From Selaginella moellendorffii (lineage: Eukaryota; Plantae; Lycopodiophyta), in contig NW_003314270.1 of assembly GCF_000143415.4 (NCBI RefSeq), forward strand, positions 330,411 through 394,410: a stretch of DNA of 64,000 bases. Reading direction: 5' to 3'. This document shows, one piece after another, positions 35,911 to 46,752 of this stretch (positions are counted from its first letter, which is position 1; every line of letters starts with the position of its first letter). The position numbers and the translations under genes were made by a program. The notes beneath the pieces are model-generated. The model made no database searches, was not told where the DNA came from, and was given only the letters and a program-made list of their open reading frames with translations.

Positions 35911-36984
35911 TTACATGAACTGGATGAAAGAAGGAGCTTGTACGCCATCCAAGCTAAAAACCACGCTCAGCCTCCCCGTTTCTACATTCCTGGAAAGAAC
36001 GTTCACCTTGTTCGAGTTTTGGAGCCCAACCACGACCATCTCCCCGGACCGATCAAACGCAAAATGCCGAGGCCCAGAACCCCCGACTCGATCCAGCCCA
36101 AGGAAGGTCAGGCCACCGTCACCTTCAGCGTCCACTCCAAACACCGCGATGGTATCCTCGGCGTTACCACGGTTGGACGCATACAAATACCTCCCGTCCG
36201 GCGAGAGAGCCACCTCCGCCGCCGTGCACGCGCTCTTGTTCGCTACGCTATCATCCAGAGTGGACCAGCTCTGGATCAAACGCAGTGCTCCATTCCCCGG
36301 ATCATACGAGAGCTGGCTCACGCTGTTTGCGAGCTCGTTGATCACGTACGCGAATCGCTCGTCGCGGGAGAAGATAAAATGCCGAGGACCCGACCCAGGC
36401 TCGAGTGAAACCTCCGGAGCAGCGGCCTCGTCGAGCTTCCCAGTCGAGACGTTGAGGACTCGGGTGTGGATCTTATCAGTGCCGAGATCACAAACGAAGA
36501 CAAACTTTCCCGAGGAGTCCGTGATGATCTGGTGGGGATGAGGAGCCTCTTGCCGGGGATTGTTGCTCGGCTCCGTCAGGCCTGGAACCTTGATCAGCGA
36601 AACCGGTTGCTGGTGATGATCCAAGAGCACACCGTGGTGGCGACTATGGTCGACTTGGAGAACGCCATAGCTGCCACCGTTGTAGTTCGCGAACAAGATC
36701 CACTTGCCGCTGGAGTGGATGCTAATGGCAGCCGGGTCCGCGCCGCAAGTGGAGGCGGGGTGGCCGAGACGAGTGAGAGAGGTGTGGTGTGGAGAGAAGG
36801 AGAATGCCTCGAGAGCGCCACTCTCCACTTCGTTTACGGCATAGAGAACGTTGCCCAGCGTGGCCAGAAAGGTGGGATTGGTACCTGATGGAAACGAGGC
36901 GATGGAGTAGAGATGGTGCTTGTCCAGCGCTAAGAGGTGGATTTCATCGCTGTAGCCACCGACCAACAAGAGCTGCTTCGTCAT
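35911..36984 (-). CDS. Seven-bladed beta-propeller lactonase (YbhE/Pgl 6-phosphogluconolactonase / muconate cycloisomerase family), intronless
   Basis: 357 aa with family motifs NPTFL, LYAVNE, ANYNGG, RQEAPHPHQI, DLGTDKI, PGSGPRHF, YVINEL, LYASNRG and GPRHFAFD. Confidence 0.9.
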   Translation of the reverse strand: MTKQLLLVGGYSDEIHLLALDKHHLYSIASFPSGTNPTFLATLGNVLYAVNEVESGALEAFSFSPHHTSLTRLGHPASTCGADPAAISIHSSGKWILFANYNGGSYGVLQVDHSRHHGVLLDHHQQPVSLIKVPGLTEPSNNPRQEAPHPHQIITDSSGKFVFVCDLGTDKIHTRVLNVSTGKLDEAAAPEVSLEPGSGPRHFIFSRDERFAYVINELANSVSQLSYDPGNGALRLIQSWSTLDDSVANKSACTAAEVALSPDGRYLYASNRGNAEDTIAVFGVDAEGDGGLTFLGLDRVGGSGPRHFAFDRSGEMVVVGLQNSNKVNVLSRNVETGRLSVVFSLDGVQAPSFIQFM

Positions 36985-37456
36985 CTTGATCTAGAAAAGA
37001 AAAAGGGCTTTTGTGAAAGCAAAAGAAATGTGAAGGTTGCGTACCCGATGTGATGATGATAATGACGATCGAACAAGATAGATTGATACGAGGAGAAGGA
37101 GAAAGCGGCTGGAATCATGGAGAAATCCCATTGTTGGATTGTAGAATCTCCACGGGATTGGATTCGTACGAATTCTGTGACCTCCTTTTTCGTAACTCCT
37201 TTTCTTAAAAAAAATGGACCACGAAATTTGTATGGGAAAGCACTTCTGGAAGCACACATTCGTGCTGGGGACCTAAAGTCGCGGACAGACAAAGCCAGCT
37301 ATCCATCCGGGCATTCTCGAGAATAAAAAAGTTCTCAACTCAGAAGGCTGGGCACTTTGCTTTAGAATGTCATAGTTATATGTATGAGCTCTACAAAAAT
37401 TGTCAGTGTACAGTGGCTGTGGTGGCAACCTCGTGTTTGGATCATAAGATAGATGA

Positions 37457-39840
37457 TCATCCTGGCGATTTTTCTCCGTCCTCTATGTTGTAGTGCGCAA
37501 GCATAAGCTGCATTCCATACCTGGGCTTGAGCGTGATGGCAGTGACCGGAGCGTGCCTGTAATTGGGAGAGATCTTGAACTCGAATCTCTGGAGGATCAT
37601 TGCCAGGACCACTTTGGCCTCCATCATTGCAAAGCTCTGCCCGAGGCAAGCTCGCGGCCCCAGCGAAAATGGCATGAAACTCCACAGCTTTTGGTGCTGA
37701 AGCTTGCAAGCCGCCGCCACTCCATCGGCGAATCGGGCCGGGTTAAAGTGGAGGGCGTCGTCCCCCCACACGTCTTTGCTGTGGTGGAGTGCCACAATGG
37801 GTATCCAAAACGTAGTCCCCCGCGGATATTTCACGTCCTGGATGCTCAAGTCCACCAAAGATTCCCTCACCAGTGCCGGCGCCGGAGGATATAAACGGAG
37901 TACCTCGTTGAGAATCATTCCCAGCTGCAAGAAAGAAAAGAAAAAGGTGGCGAAAGATTAGTGTACACACAGAGAGAAAGAGAGAGAATTTCTTCCAAGA
38001 CACTCAAAAGCAGCTACGTGGAGTTATGACTTTGGCCTAGGACAGGAGGTGGACTAGTTGGCGTGCAAAGTATACTGTAAAACAACTTACAATCTTTAGC
38101 TTGGGAAGGACATCGGCATCCGGAACGGAGGACTTGGACGGGAGATGCTCCATCACTTCGGCACGGCCGCGCTGCTGCCACTCTGGATTCAAGGCCAGAA
38201 GCATCAGAGTCCAGGTGAGCAGCGCCGATGTGGTCTCGTGCCCCGTGAAGAAGATGGTTTTGCACTCCTCCACAAGCTCCGGCGTGTCAAACTGCTGTGC
38301 AGCTGCTGCTGCTTCGGACTTGTCTCGCTCGCTCTCGGACAGCATCAGTCCCAAAAAGTCGCTTCCATACCCGTGCTTTTGTCGTCCCGCACGGCGCTCC
38401 AGTACAAGCTCTCGCAGCGCTCGCTCCATGTCCCTTTTGATCCGGGAAGCTCTTCTATTGGCAGCCGTGGGGAGCATCCTAAATGATCTTTACTTTAGTA
38501 CTGGCTGTTGCATGCATTATAAAGAAATATAACAATAGAATAAGGTGGTGGAAGAACCAGAAGCTAATGGAGGCAGGCAGGACTTTGATATACAAGGTAT
38601 ATAAATGGAGGAATCATTGGAAATCATGCATGCTTTGTTCCACGCAAAGGTTGATGGCGATGGAGACACAAAATAGAGGGAGTGAAGGAACCTTGAGTGC
38701 GAGAGAGGATTTTTGTGATATCATACCTGTTGCATGGAAGCCAGAGAAAACGATTGGACTGAGCGAAAACTTTCTGGAGGCACGTCAGGAGCTGGAACAC
38801 CCTCTTGCCTTTTTCGTGACTGCTGGTGCTGCTAAACGCGGTACGAGCAATTACATCGGCCGTGGCCATGGATAAGTAATAGTTGATGTCGATCTCCGCG
38901 GATGATCCATCGCCGCTCCTCCTCGAGCTCTTGTTGTCAATGATTTGGCTCCACTGGCCCAGCATTTGAGACGTGCTCGCCACCATCTCGGGTACCATTT
39001 TCTGCCAATAATTATGCCTCATGAATTCATATCATATAGAAAGATAGAAAGTAAGAGCTTGCTCAAAGAAGAATTAACTTCTTCAAATCCAAAGAAGTAT
39101 ATGTCTTTGGGAGGGAAAGAGAGATCTTACCTTGAGCATTTCGGCATGGAACGCCGGGCCAACGATGCGTCTCCGGTGAGCCCAGCTCTCTCCATTGGCA
39201 TACACCATTCCATTCCCAAGCAGCAGCACACCACCCTTTTTGAGTAGCAGCGACTTTCCAAAGTGCTCGGCCTTGGTGGACAAGATCTCCTTGATCATCT
39301 CGGGCTCCACAACCGTGATCCTCGGCTCCATTCCCCACCAGAAGAGAAACCTCTTCCCTGTCACACACACACATTAGTTAGTTTACAAGTCTTTGGAGAA
39401 GCTTGGCAGAGAAACAGAGGAATGTGTGCTAGAAGTGTGGATATGGGGGAGGGAAATTCGAGCTATATACCGTAGATGGCGGACCAGTATGTAAAGTGGG
39501 GGCATATCCTGGGAAGAAGATCATGGTCGCCAACTCGCATGTCCTTGGATGTTGCCAGTTCTCTCATCTCGGATACTTGGTGCATGTTTCCAATCAGGAA
39601 CTTTGGAGGGGGGCCATCCAGGCCTTGCTCGAGGAGACTCTTTCTCAGGTGGACATATCTGAAGGCCACGGACGCGCTCCACACCAGGATCACGAGCAAA
39701 GAGGCGAGGAAAACGAGCATTGGCGCGGCAAGGAGGAGCATTGGGAGCTTGAGGGAGATTCCCTGGGAAAATGCAGGCAAATTATGACTCATTCTCTGGA
39801 AGTCTGGAATCGATGAATTGCTGGGTGTGATTGACACCAT
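37457..39840 (-). CDS. Cytochrome P450, CYP72 clan (CYP735/714/715-like), 5 exons
   Basis: TM anchor followed by GPPPKFLIGN, WAHRRR, I-helix ECKTIFFTGHETT, ExxR (EVLR), FNPARF and heme motif FSLGPRACLG. Confidence 0.93.
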
Positions 39841-42271
39841 CCCTGTGTCACCAGCTTCAAGGAAATTCCCGGCAGCGAAGAATGCAGCTGGATTTGCCAA
39901 GAAAAGTATAAGTGAAGTATGTGCCTGCCTTGATTGACAAAAAAAAAACAAACAAAAAGGGAGAATTGGAGAAGAAGATGAGCAAGTTCTCAAGGAATCT
40001 TTTAAATGGATAGAGAAAATATGAGCAAGAATGCTCTCTCTCTTTCCCTCTTTGCCTCTCTCCTCTCCTTGTCACACACTCTTTTCTTGTGGAGAACTTT
40101 AGAAGCACTCCCTATATACGCAAGGCCCAGAGCTTTGTGGAATTGTTATTTTAGCATAACTTGCTACCAAACAAATGGAGGCTCTACACCAGTAAATGCA
40201 CTGGGAATCTAGCTGAAGAAAGAAGCAAGGAAGAAGAACTCTCTTATATCAACAATCACTATAACACTGAATCCACAACGCGGAACTGTCCAACTCCTCG
40301 CAGTAGTAGTGAAGTGAGGGGTTTTTTCTTTTCTTTAAAGCTTTTGAAAATGCATACATTAGTTTGTCACTGTGTTGATGTCAGTGCCAAGAATTGCTAG
40401 AGAAAAGGCCATGCTGACTTATGGCTAAGCTAAGTTAAAGGTTGTGTCGTATGTGTCGGTGTTTAGAGTGTTTGAACTCTCGTCCGTGGCCAGTTGTAAG
40501 AAATCCAAGCCCAAACCAAAAACGCCGATTATTTTACGTAAACACGTGCAAAACAACGCGCCACCTTTTGCAATGATCATCGCCATAATACAATGTTTAA
40601 GATCTTAGGTTCGGGCAATGGAGAGGATTGAGTGAGATGTTGCAACTGTAAAACTAAAGCAAACAAACCCTTAGAAAAGTGCTTTAAGTAGATATATAAA
40701 TGTTTTTCTCTTTTTCTTCAACTTGCTAGCCGGACAGCCAATCATCGAACAACCACGAGCAAGAAATTTCACATTTATTCTCCTTCAGAGGAATAAGGTG
40801 ATGTAAGGAAAAATCTCTGATCTCTGCCACTCTTTGGCATCATCGTATTTCATTTGTTCGGACCGTAGGCAGGTTCTCAATAAACAGGAGCCTAAGTCTT
40901 TCCATGTTTCTTTTTCTCGCGGCTCAACACTTGGCACACAATTTAATTTGATTCCTCCACCAGGCATCACTGGATTTCACTTCACTCCCTCCTCCGAAGT
41001 GCAACCATGAGTCACTCATCAATTTCAATCACTTCGGACAGATAATATCATGGCTTGGAATATATCTAGGCACACTCTTGTCAAAACCACCATGATTTCT
41101 ACTTGTTCCAACGCTTTCTTTTCCAGTAGTGTGATCTCATGTAAGTTCAAAAACATGTAATAATTAATATATTTGGAAGGCCCTGCTCGAATATTTAAAG
41201 TACCAACTTTTAAATATTTAATATTTCCATGTTAAACCCAGTAGTGGTGTAGCAAGAGCATGGCAGTAGCAGCAGCAATGGTTTGTGCATCAGGGGGCCC
41301 TTTGGGATTCAGTCCAGTCCGCCTGGAAAGCAAGAATAAAGACCACATGTCATGCTAGAACATAATATTTTGGAAAAAGAGAGAACAAATATATAAAGCC
41401 AGAGAAACAAGCAACGAGAGGAGCTCTACGTGTGTCGTGGGCCTTCCAACCAAATTGAATGGAGCTTTCATGTTGATTCCCCCTACCACCTTGCAGCTTA
41501 TTATTTTCCACAAGTCTGAATTTAGAGCGATCCAATGTATACATGGTTCCATACATTAACGTTTACTAACTATATATGGGTAAAAGTTGCTCCATTTACA
41601 ATTTTATTCTCGGATTCGGCGGTCACCTCAAAAAAAAGGGTGAAAAAAAGCAAAATAACATGTATATGTCGTTTTGTGTCTGTTTGTTGTGTGGATCTTT
41701 ATGCAGGAAGTCACATGGCTTTTTCTTGCATATTTATGAAAGCAGCAGCTCTTGCCCGAAGGATTTCTCTGGAAACCCTGATATTGATATCGGTGGCTAT
41801 AGTCCGGGACACGGGTCGTTAGTTTGGGGATCCATCCACCAAAGTATGCCAAAGGCTGCAGCTGGAATCCAACTATAACAAAAAGTGCAGCGAGATCTTT
41901 CGAAGGTGTACACAACCATTCCAGAATTGTTGGCTTATCAAAGTCAATGAAAAAACTATATGTGTTGCTTCATCAAATATAACTATATCATTGTGTTTTC
42001 ATGACAAGAAACTAGACACTAGGTAATATTTTATTGTCAAGACCCAGTCTTCTCACTTGGTGGGCCTCAAAATCATGTATTATTATCGAAAAAGGTGGAG
42101 AAAAACACTTTCGGGTGTGACGGTGATCCAAAAGACAAAAAATATGATACTAGAAATTCTTTTAAAATGATTTTGTGACATTCTAAAAGATGATTTTGTG
42201 ACAGTCAGACAAGTCAACTCCTTGGACTAAAAGTCAAATTCTAAAAGTCAACTCCTGAAAAAAATGGGTTG

Positions 42272-44394
42272 ATGGACGTGGTGGCAAGTTGCGAGCAATG
42301 GAATCGCCACGACACCATTCGCGCCATTGAATCGTGCAGGAGCTTAACAAGGGCTCTCGGCATCCACAGCCGCATCCCCAGAGATGCCACTGACGTGTTC
42401 ATCAGCAACAAGCTCGTGGACATGTATGGCAAATGTGCCGGCGGGATCGCCCATGCCAGGGCGGTCTTTGATTCCATGCCCGCCAGAGATTCCTACTCTT
42501 GGGTCTCGATGCTCTCGGCATATGCCCGTTCTGGGAATCTGGATCTTGCCAAGTCCGTGTTTGATTCCATGCCGGATCTCAACACTGTTGCTCACAATTC
42601 CATGCTTGCTGCTTACTTACATAGTGGAGATCTTGATAGTGCAAAGAAATTCTTCGATTCAATGCCAAGAAAGGATGTGGTTTCTTGGACGACTATTCTT
42701 GCAGCACATGCCCAATCAGGGGATGTTTTTCAGACAAAGGTTTTATTTGACTCAATGCCCTTCCACGATCTAGTCGCTATGAACGCAATGCTAAGCTCAT
42801 ACACACTAAATTCTCGAATGCATGAGGCTGAAATATTTTTCTCAAAAATGCCCGAAAAAGATTTAATCTCGTGGAATGCACTTGCGACTGGGTTTGCCCA
42901 GACCCGGCAAATTGACCGAGCTAGTCGGATCTTTGAATCGCTGCCTCTCTTGGACCTCGTCTCTTTTAATTCCATGCTATCGTCACTTGCCCAGGGCGGA
43001 AATTTGGAGCGCGCAGAAGTTTTTCTTGCACGAGTTCCAGAGTTGTGTTTGATCTCCTGCAATGCTATGGTTGCGGCATATGCCCAGTTCGGGCATCAAG
43101 AAGAATCAAAGAAGTTTTTTGATTCAATGCTACAGAGGGATCTTATCTCGTGGAATGCCCTTCTTGGAGCATACACTGAAGCTGGTCATTTAACTCAGGC
43201 TACTCGAGTTTACAGTTTAATGCCACAGCACGACCTCATTTCGTGGACGGCCATGATTGAGGCATATGCCCACAATGGGCATATGGACAGGGCTAGGGCG
43301 CTGTACGACTCTATGCCGCAGCGGGACATGGTGTCGGCCACTGCCATGGTGGCATTGTACGGACAAGCTGGATATCTGAAAGATTCTGTCGCTGTTTTTG
43401 AAAGTATGCCCAGCCATGACTTATTCTCGTCAAATGCGATGCTCTCGGCCTATGCCCAGAACGAGCATATGAAGGAGGCGAAGCTCATCTTTGAGAAGAT
43501 TCCATATCCCGATATGGTATCTTTTAATTCTATGGTTTCTGGTCTTGCGCAGAATGGCCATCTTGAAGAGGCGAAACAGCTTTTCGAATGTATGGAGTTT
43601 CGGGATTTGGTTACTTGGAATGCTATGCTCGCAGCAAATGCCCAACGAAGCTACTTGCCAGAAACTTTGGGTCTTTTTAATGCAATGCCCGAGAGAGACC
43701 TGTACACTCTCACGTCGATGGTGGCGGCGTTTTCTCTCGATGGACAGGTTCACAAGGCCTTTTACGTGTTCTTTGAGATTCCACACAAGGACATCCACTG
43801 CTGGAATACGATGCTATATGCGTACGCTCAAAACGGGCAAACAGCCCGAGCAAGAAAGCTCTTAGAGACAATGCCCAGTCCGTGTGTGTCTCCTGGACGA
43901 TCATGTTGACGGCGTATACAGGAGCCAAAAACTCAGTAGATGCGTTTCAAACTTTTGACATGATGAAAATGGTGGAGATTCCCACCGATGCTTGTTTCAT
44001 ATCGGTGCTTATCGCGTGCAGCCACAAAGGCCAGGTTTACTTGGCGATGGCCAATTTTTCGTCCATGATCGTAGACTTCGGCATGGAGCCAAGCAAACAG
44101 CACTACACCTGCATTGTGGATGTTCTCGCAAGGGCTGGATACCTAAGAGAAGCGACGGAGCTCGTCACGGTGATGCCATTTGTTCCAGATAATTTCGACT
44201 GGACGTGCCTGCTCGCAGCTTGCAAGAGTTACAGCGATGTGGAGCAAGGCAGCCGCGTTGCCAGGTTTGTGGTTGACTTGAATCCTCCGGACAGTGGAGG
44301 GACGTTTGCGCTGCTTGCAAATCTCTTTTCAATTGAGAGGCAGATCAAACTTGATCTTCCACGACAATGTGTTATACCAAGTAAAAAAACATAA
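42272..44394 (+). pseudogene. SS-array PPR + E domain with a single frameshift near 43885 (pseudogene or sequence error)
   Basis: ORF 42269-43909 switches frame to 43882-44394 inside CCGTGTGTGTCTCCTGG. Joining the frames restores the 'VSWTIMLTAY' repeat. Confidence 0.75.
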
Positions 44395-44429
44395 AAACAC
44401 CCATACAGGTCTTGAACATGTAAACAATT

Positions 44430-44503
44430 TGGCCCATGCAGGTCTTGAACTTGTGACCTTGGCCTTATTAGGACCACGCTCTGACCAACTGAGGTAATAA
44501 GCC
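44430..44503 (-). tRNA. tRNA-Ile(AAT), degenerate (probable pseudo-tRNA)
   Basis: Reverse complement GGCTTAT TA CCTC AGTTGGTCA GAGC G TGGTC CTAATAA GGCCA AGGTC ACAAG TTCAAGA CCTGC ATGGGCC A. Acceptor and anticodon stems pair. There is one D-stem mismatch and two T-stem mismatches. A T-rich terminator lies downstream. Confidence 0.8.
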
Positions 44504-46685
44504 TTGACATTGAATTTAGAAAAATTAAAAATTTAATTTAATAATAATATATTTGAACATGGAATTACAACATAATTGTGTGCCTTACCAACAATTTTTT
44601 TGCATCAAGGAAAAAACTTTATGTCACGCTGTGGCAAGGAGCTGCAGATAATATATTAAATGTTGGTTAAATATATTTTTGCAATTAACAATGGTAGTTA
44701 TCACATATAATTTTTGGTGGAAGTTAGAAAAGTAAACAATTAAATATTTACTTTTTTCATTTGGCAAGAAATTTAATTAATTTGCATTGTTGTAGAATTA
44801 TAGTATTGATTAAATATATATTTTAGTAACTCTTTAAAACTAATAATATGAGTAATAAATTTGTTTATTGCTTTAAGCAACATAAATATTACTATTAATT
44901 ATACAACTATCATATCATAAATATATGCAATTATATGCATTCTATTTTTATATTTTTTAAATAATTCCATTTTCTATTAAATACACTAAAAAGGACATAA
45001 ATATTTTTATATAATTTTAAATAATTGTGATATTTAAATTAACTAATTTAGAGGTTACTAAAATTGAGTAATATAACTAACCACCCAAATGAAAATGCTA
45101 CCTTTAATGCCACATTGCATAATTATGTAATTATTTTTATACACAATATTTTCACTTAATCAAAAAATTAGTTTTAGTGTGGAGATTTTAACTAAAATTT
45201 AGAGAAATTATCAGTCTCATAACATCATGTAACCACTAAAGCAACATAAATTTTATTAGCCCAAATCCAAGTAACACACCTACTCTAACTATTGTAAAAG
45301 ATATAAACTTAAAGTACACAGCAAATAGTTAATTATGCCTAATAAGTTTATATTGAGTATCTTATTTAAAACATTAATGTGGTGATTAAATATCTAGACT
45401 ACAATAGTATATATAATAGGTTGTAACATTATTGGATCTATACAAATTTTATGAAGTAATATATATTATTAGGACATTTAGAAAATAAAACAACTTTGCA
45501 ACTTTATTGTTTAACTTTTAAGAAAGTGCATGGTAAATATTGAAGAAATGTGATGAAAATCAACTAATTTTTTAGTAAAAAATTAAAAATCAATAATTTT
45601 AGGGTTATTTCAACTACTTTTTAAATTACATTGTTATGCATTCACCCAAAGAATGTGTTTCCTTGTTTCTAGCTATCAAGGAAAGTGGCCACTCAAGAAA
45701 CCCAAATTAGATGATTACTTCTTAACAGCACATTTGAATTTCAAAGTTGCTCACATTTCAATCTCATGTGGGAAGTTCATATAAAAATTCTTAATTGAGC
45801 AAGTTTATATTACTTTCCAGATTCATCCACAACAAGAAGCCTTTAGCATCTAGTGCCAAGCAACACCCTTAGATCCAAATTGAACCAAGAGATCTTAGTT
45901 GAATTCCTGGAGAGTATGGAAGAAAAGTTTAGTGCTACTTGATGTCTTAAATTAAGAAATTTATAAGGAAATCAAGGAATGCAAAAATAAATATGATAGT
46001 GAGGAATGTTGGAGCTTTGGCTTACCCAAGATAGAATCATGAGCTATAGTCTGAACTACAAGCTATAACTGGAAGGCTAGTGATGTGATTGTGTATGAAA
46101 AATTTCAGAGTTATCATTTCAAAAAACATAAACCAATGTTGTTGAGACTCAAACACAAAAGAGATCCTTCCCTGGCATCATGAAATCACAAACTAATGCT
46201 TCTTCTACACACAAAATTTGAGAGAAAGTAATGGAAGAGATACTATGGTTGAATTCTCCGATGGCAAGCTGTGTGGCATTGGGGAGCTGCTACTAATTAT
46301 TGAGGCAGCTTAATCATGATTCGTGGTAATAATAATGGTATATTTGGCATTGTAGAACACAACAGAAAAAATGTAAGTGAAGCAGTGAGCCAGAACGAAT
46401 AGACTCAATATCTTGGATGAGCCTAGTTGGCGATCCACGAAGAGGCTGGTAAAGGTAACAAACAACAGCAAAGTGGTGCTGCTGCATGCTAATATGATCT
46501 CATTCAAGCATTTCTAGCTAAATCATTCCTTAAGTTGAAAGTGCTTGAAAGAGAGTGAGAAACACTTAACACTGGATATTATTCGTGATCTGTGTATGAA
46601 GCTCTAGAGGTTTGTGCACAAGCTCAGTTTCAATGAGCTCAATGCACCCTGTCCATGGCCTTGGCAAGTTTGTCGTGAAGAGTCA

Positions 46686-46752
46686 TGTTGAGATATAAGC
46701 GGGAACTCAAGTATGTGGACTATGCTATTGTACCTTTGAGTTTTCTCTAACA
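46686..46752 (+). repeat. Copia 5' LTR (67 bp)
   Basis: TGTTGAGATATAA...TTGTACCTTTGAGTTTTCTCTAACA. Confidence 0.85.

Noticed and set aside
35866-36888. Several 140-208 aa plus-strand ORFs over the lactonase
   Set aside because: Antisense shadows of a GC-rich CDS.
44510-46000. AT-rich block (also 57000-58000) as a DNA transposon or Helitron
   Set aside because: No terminal repeats, TSD or coding trace that I could identify by eye.
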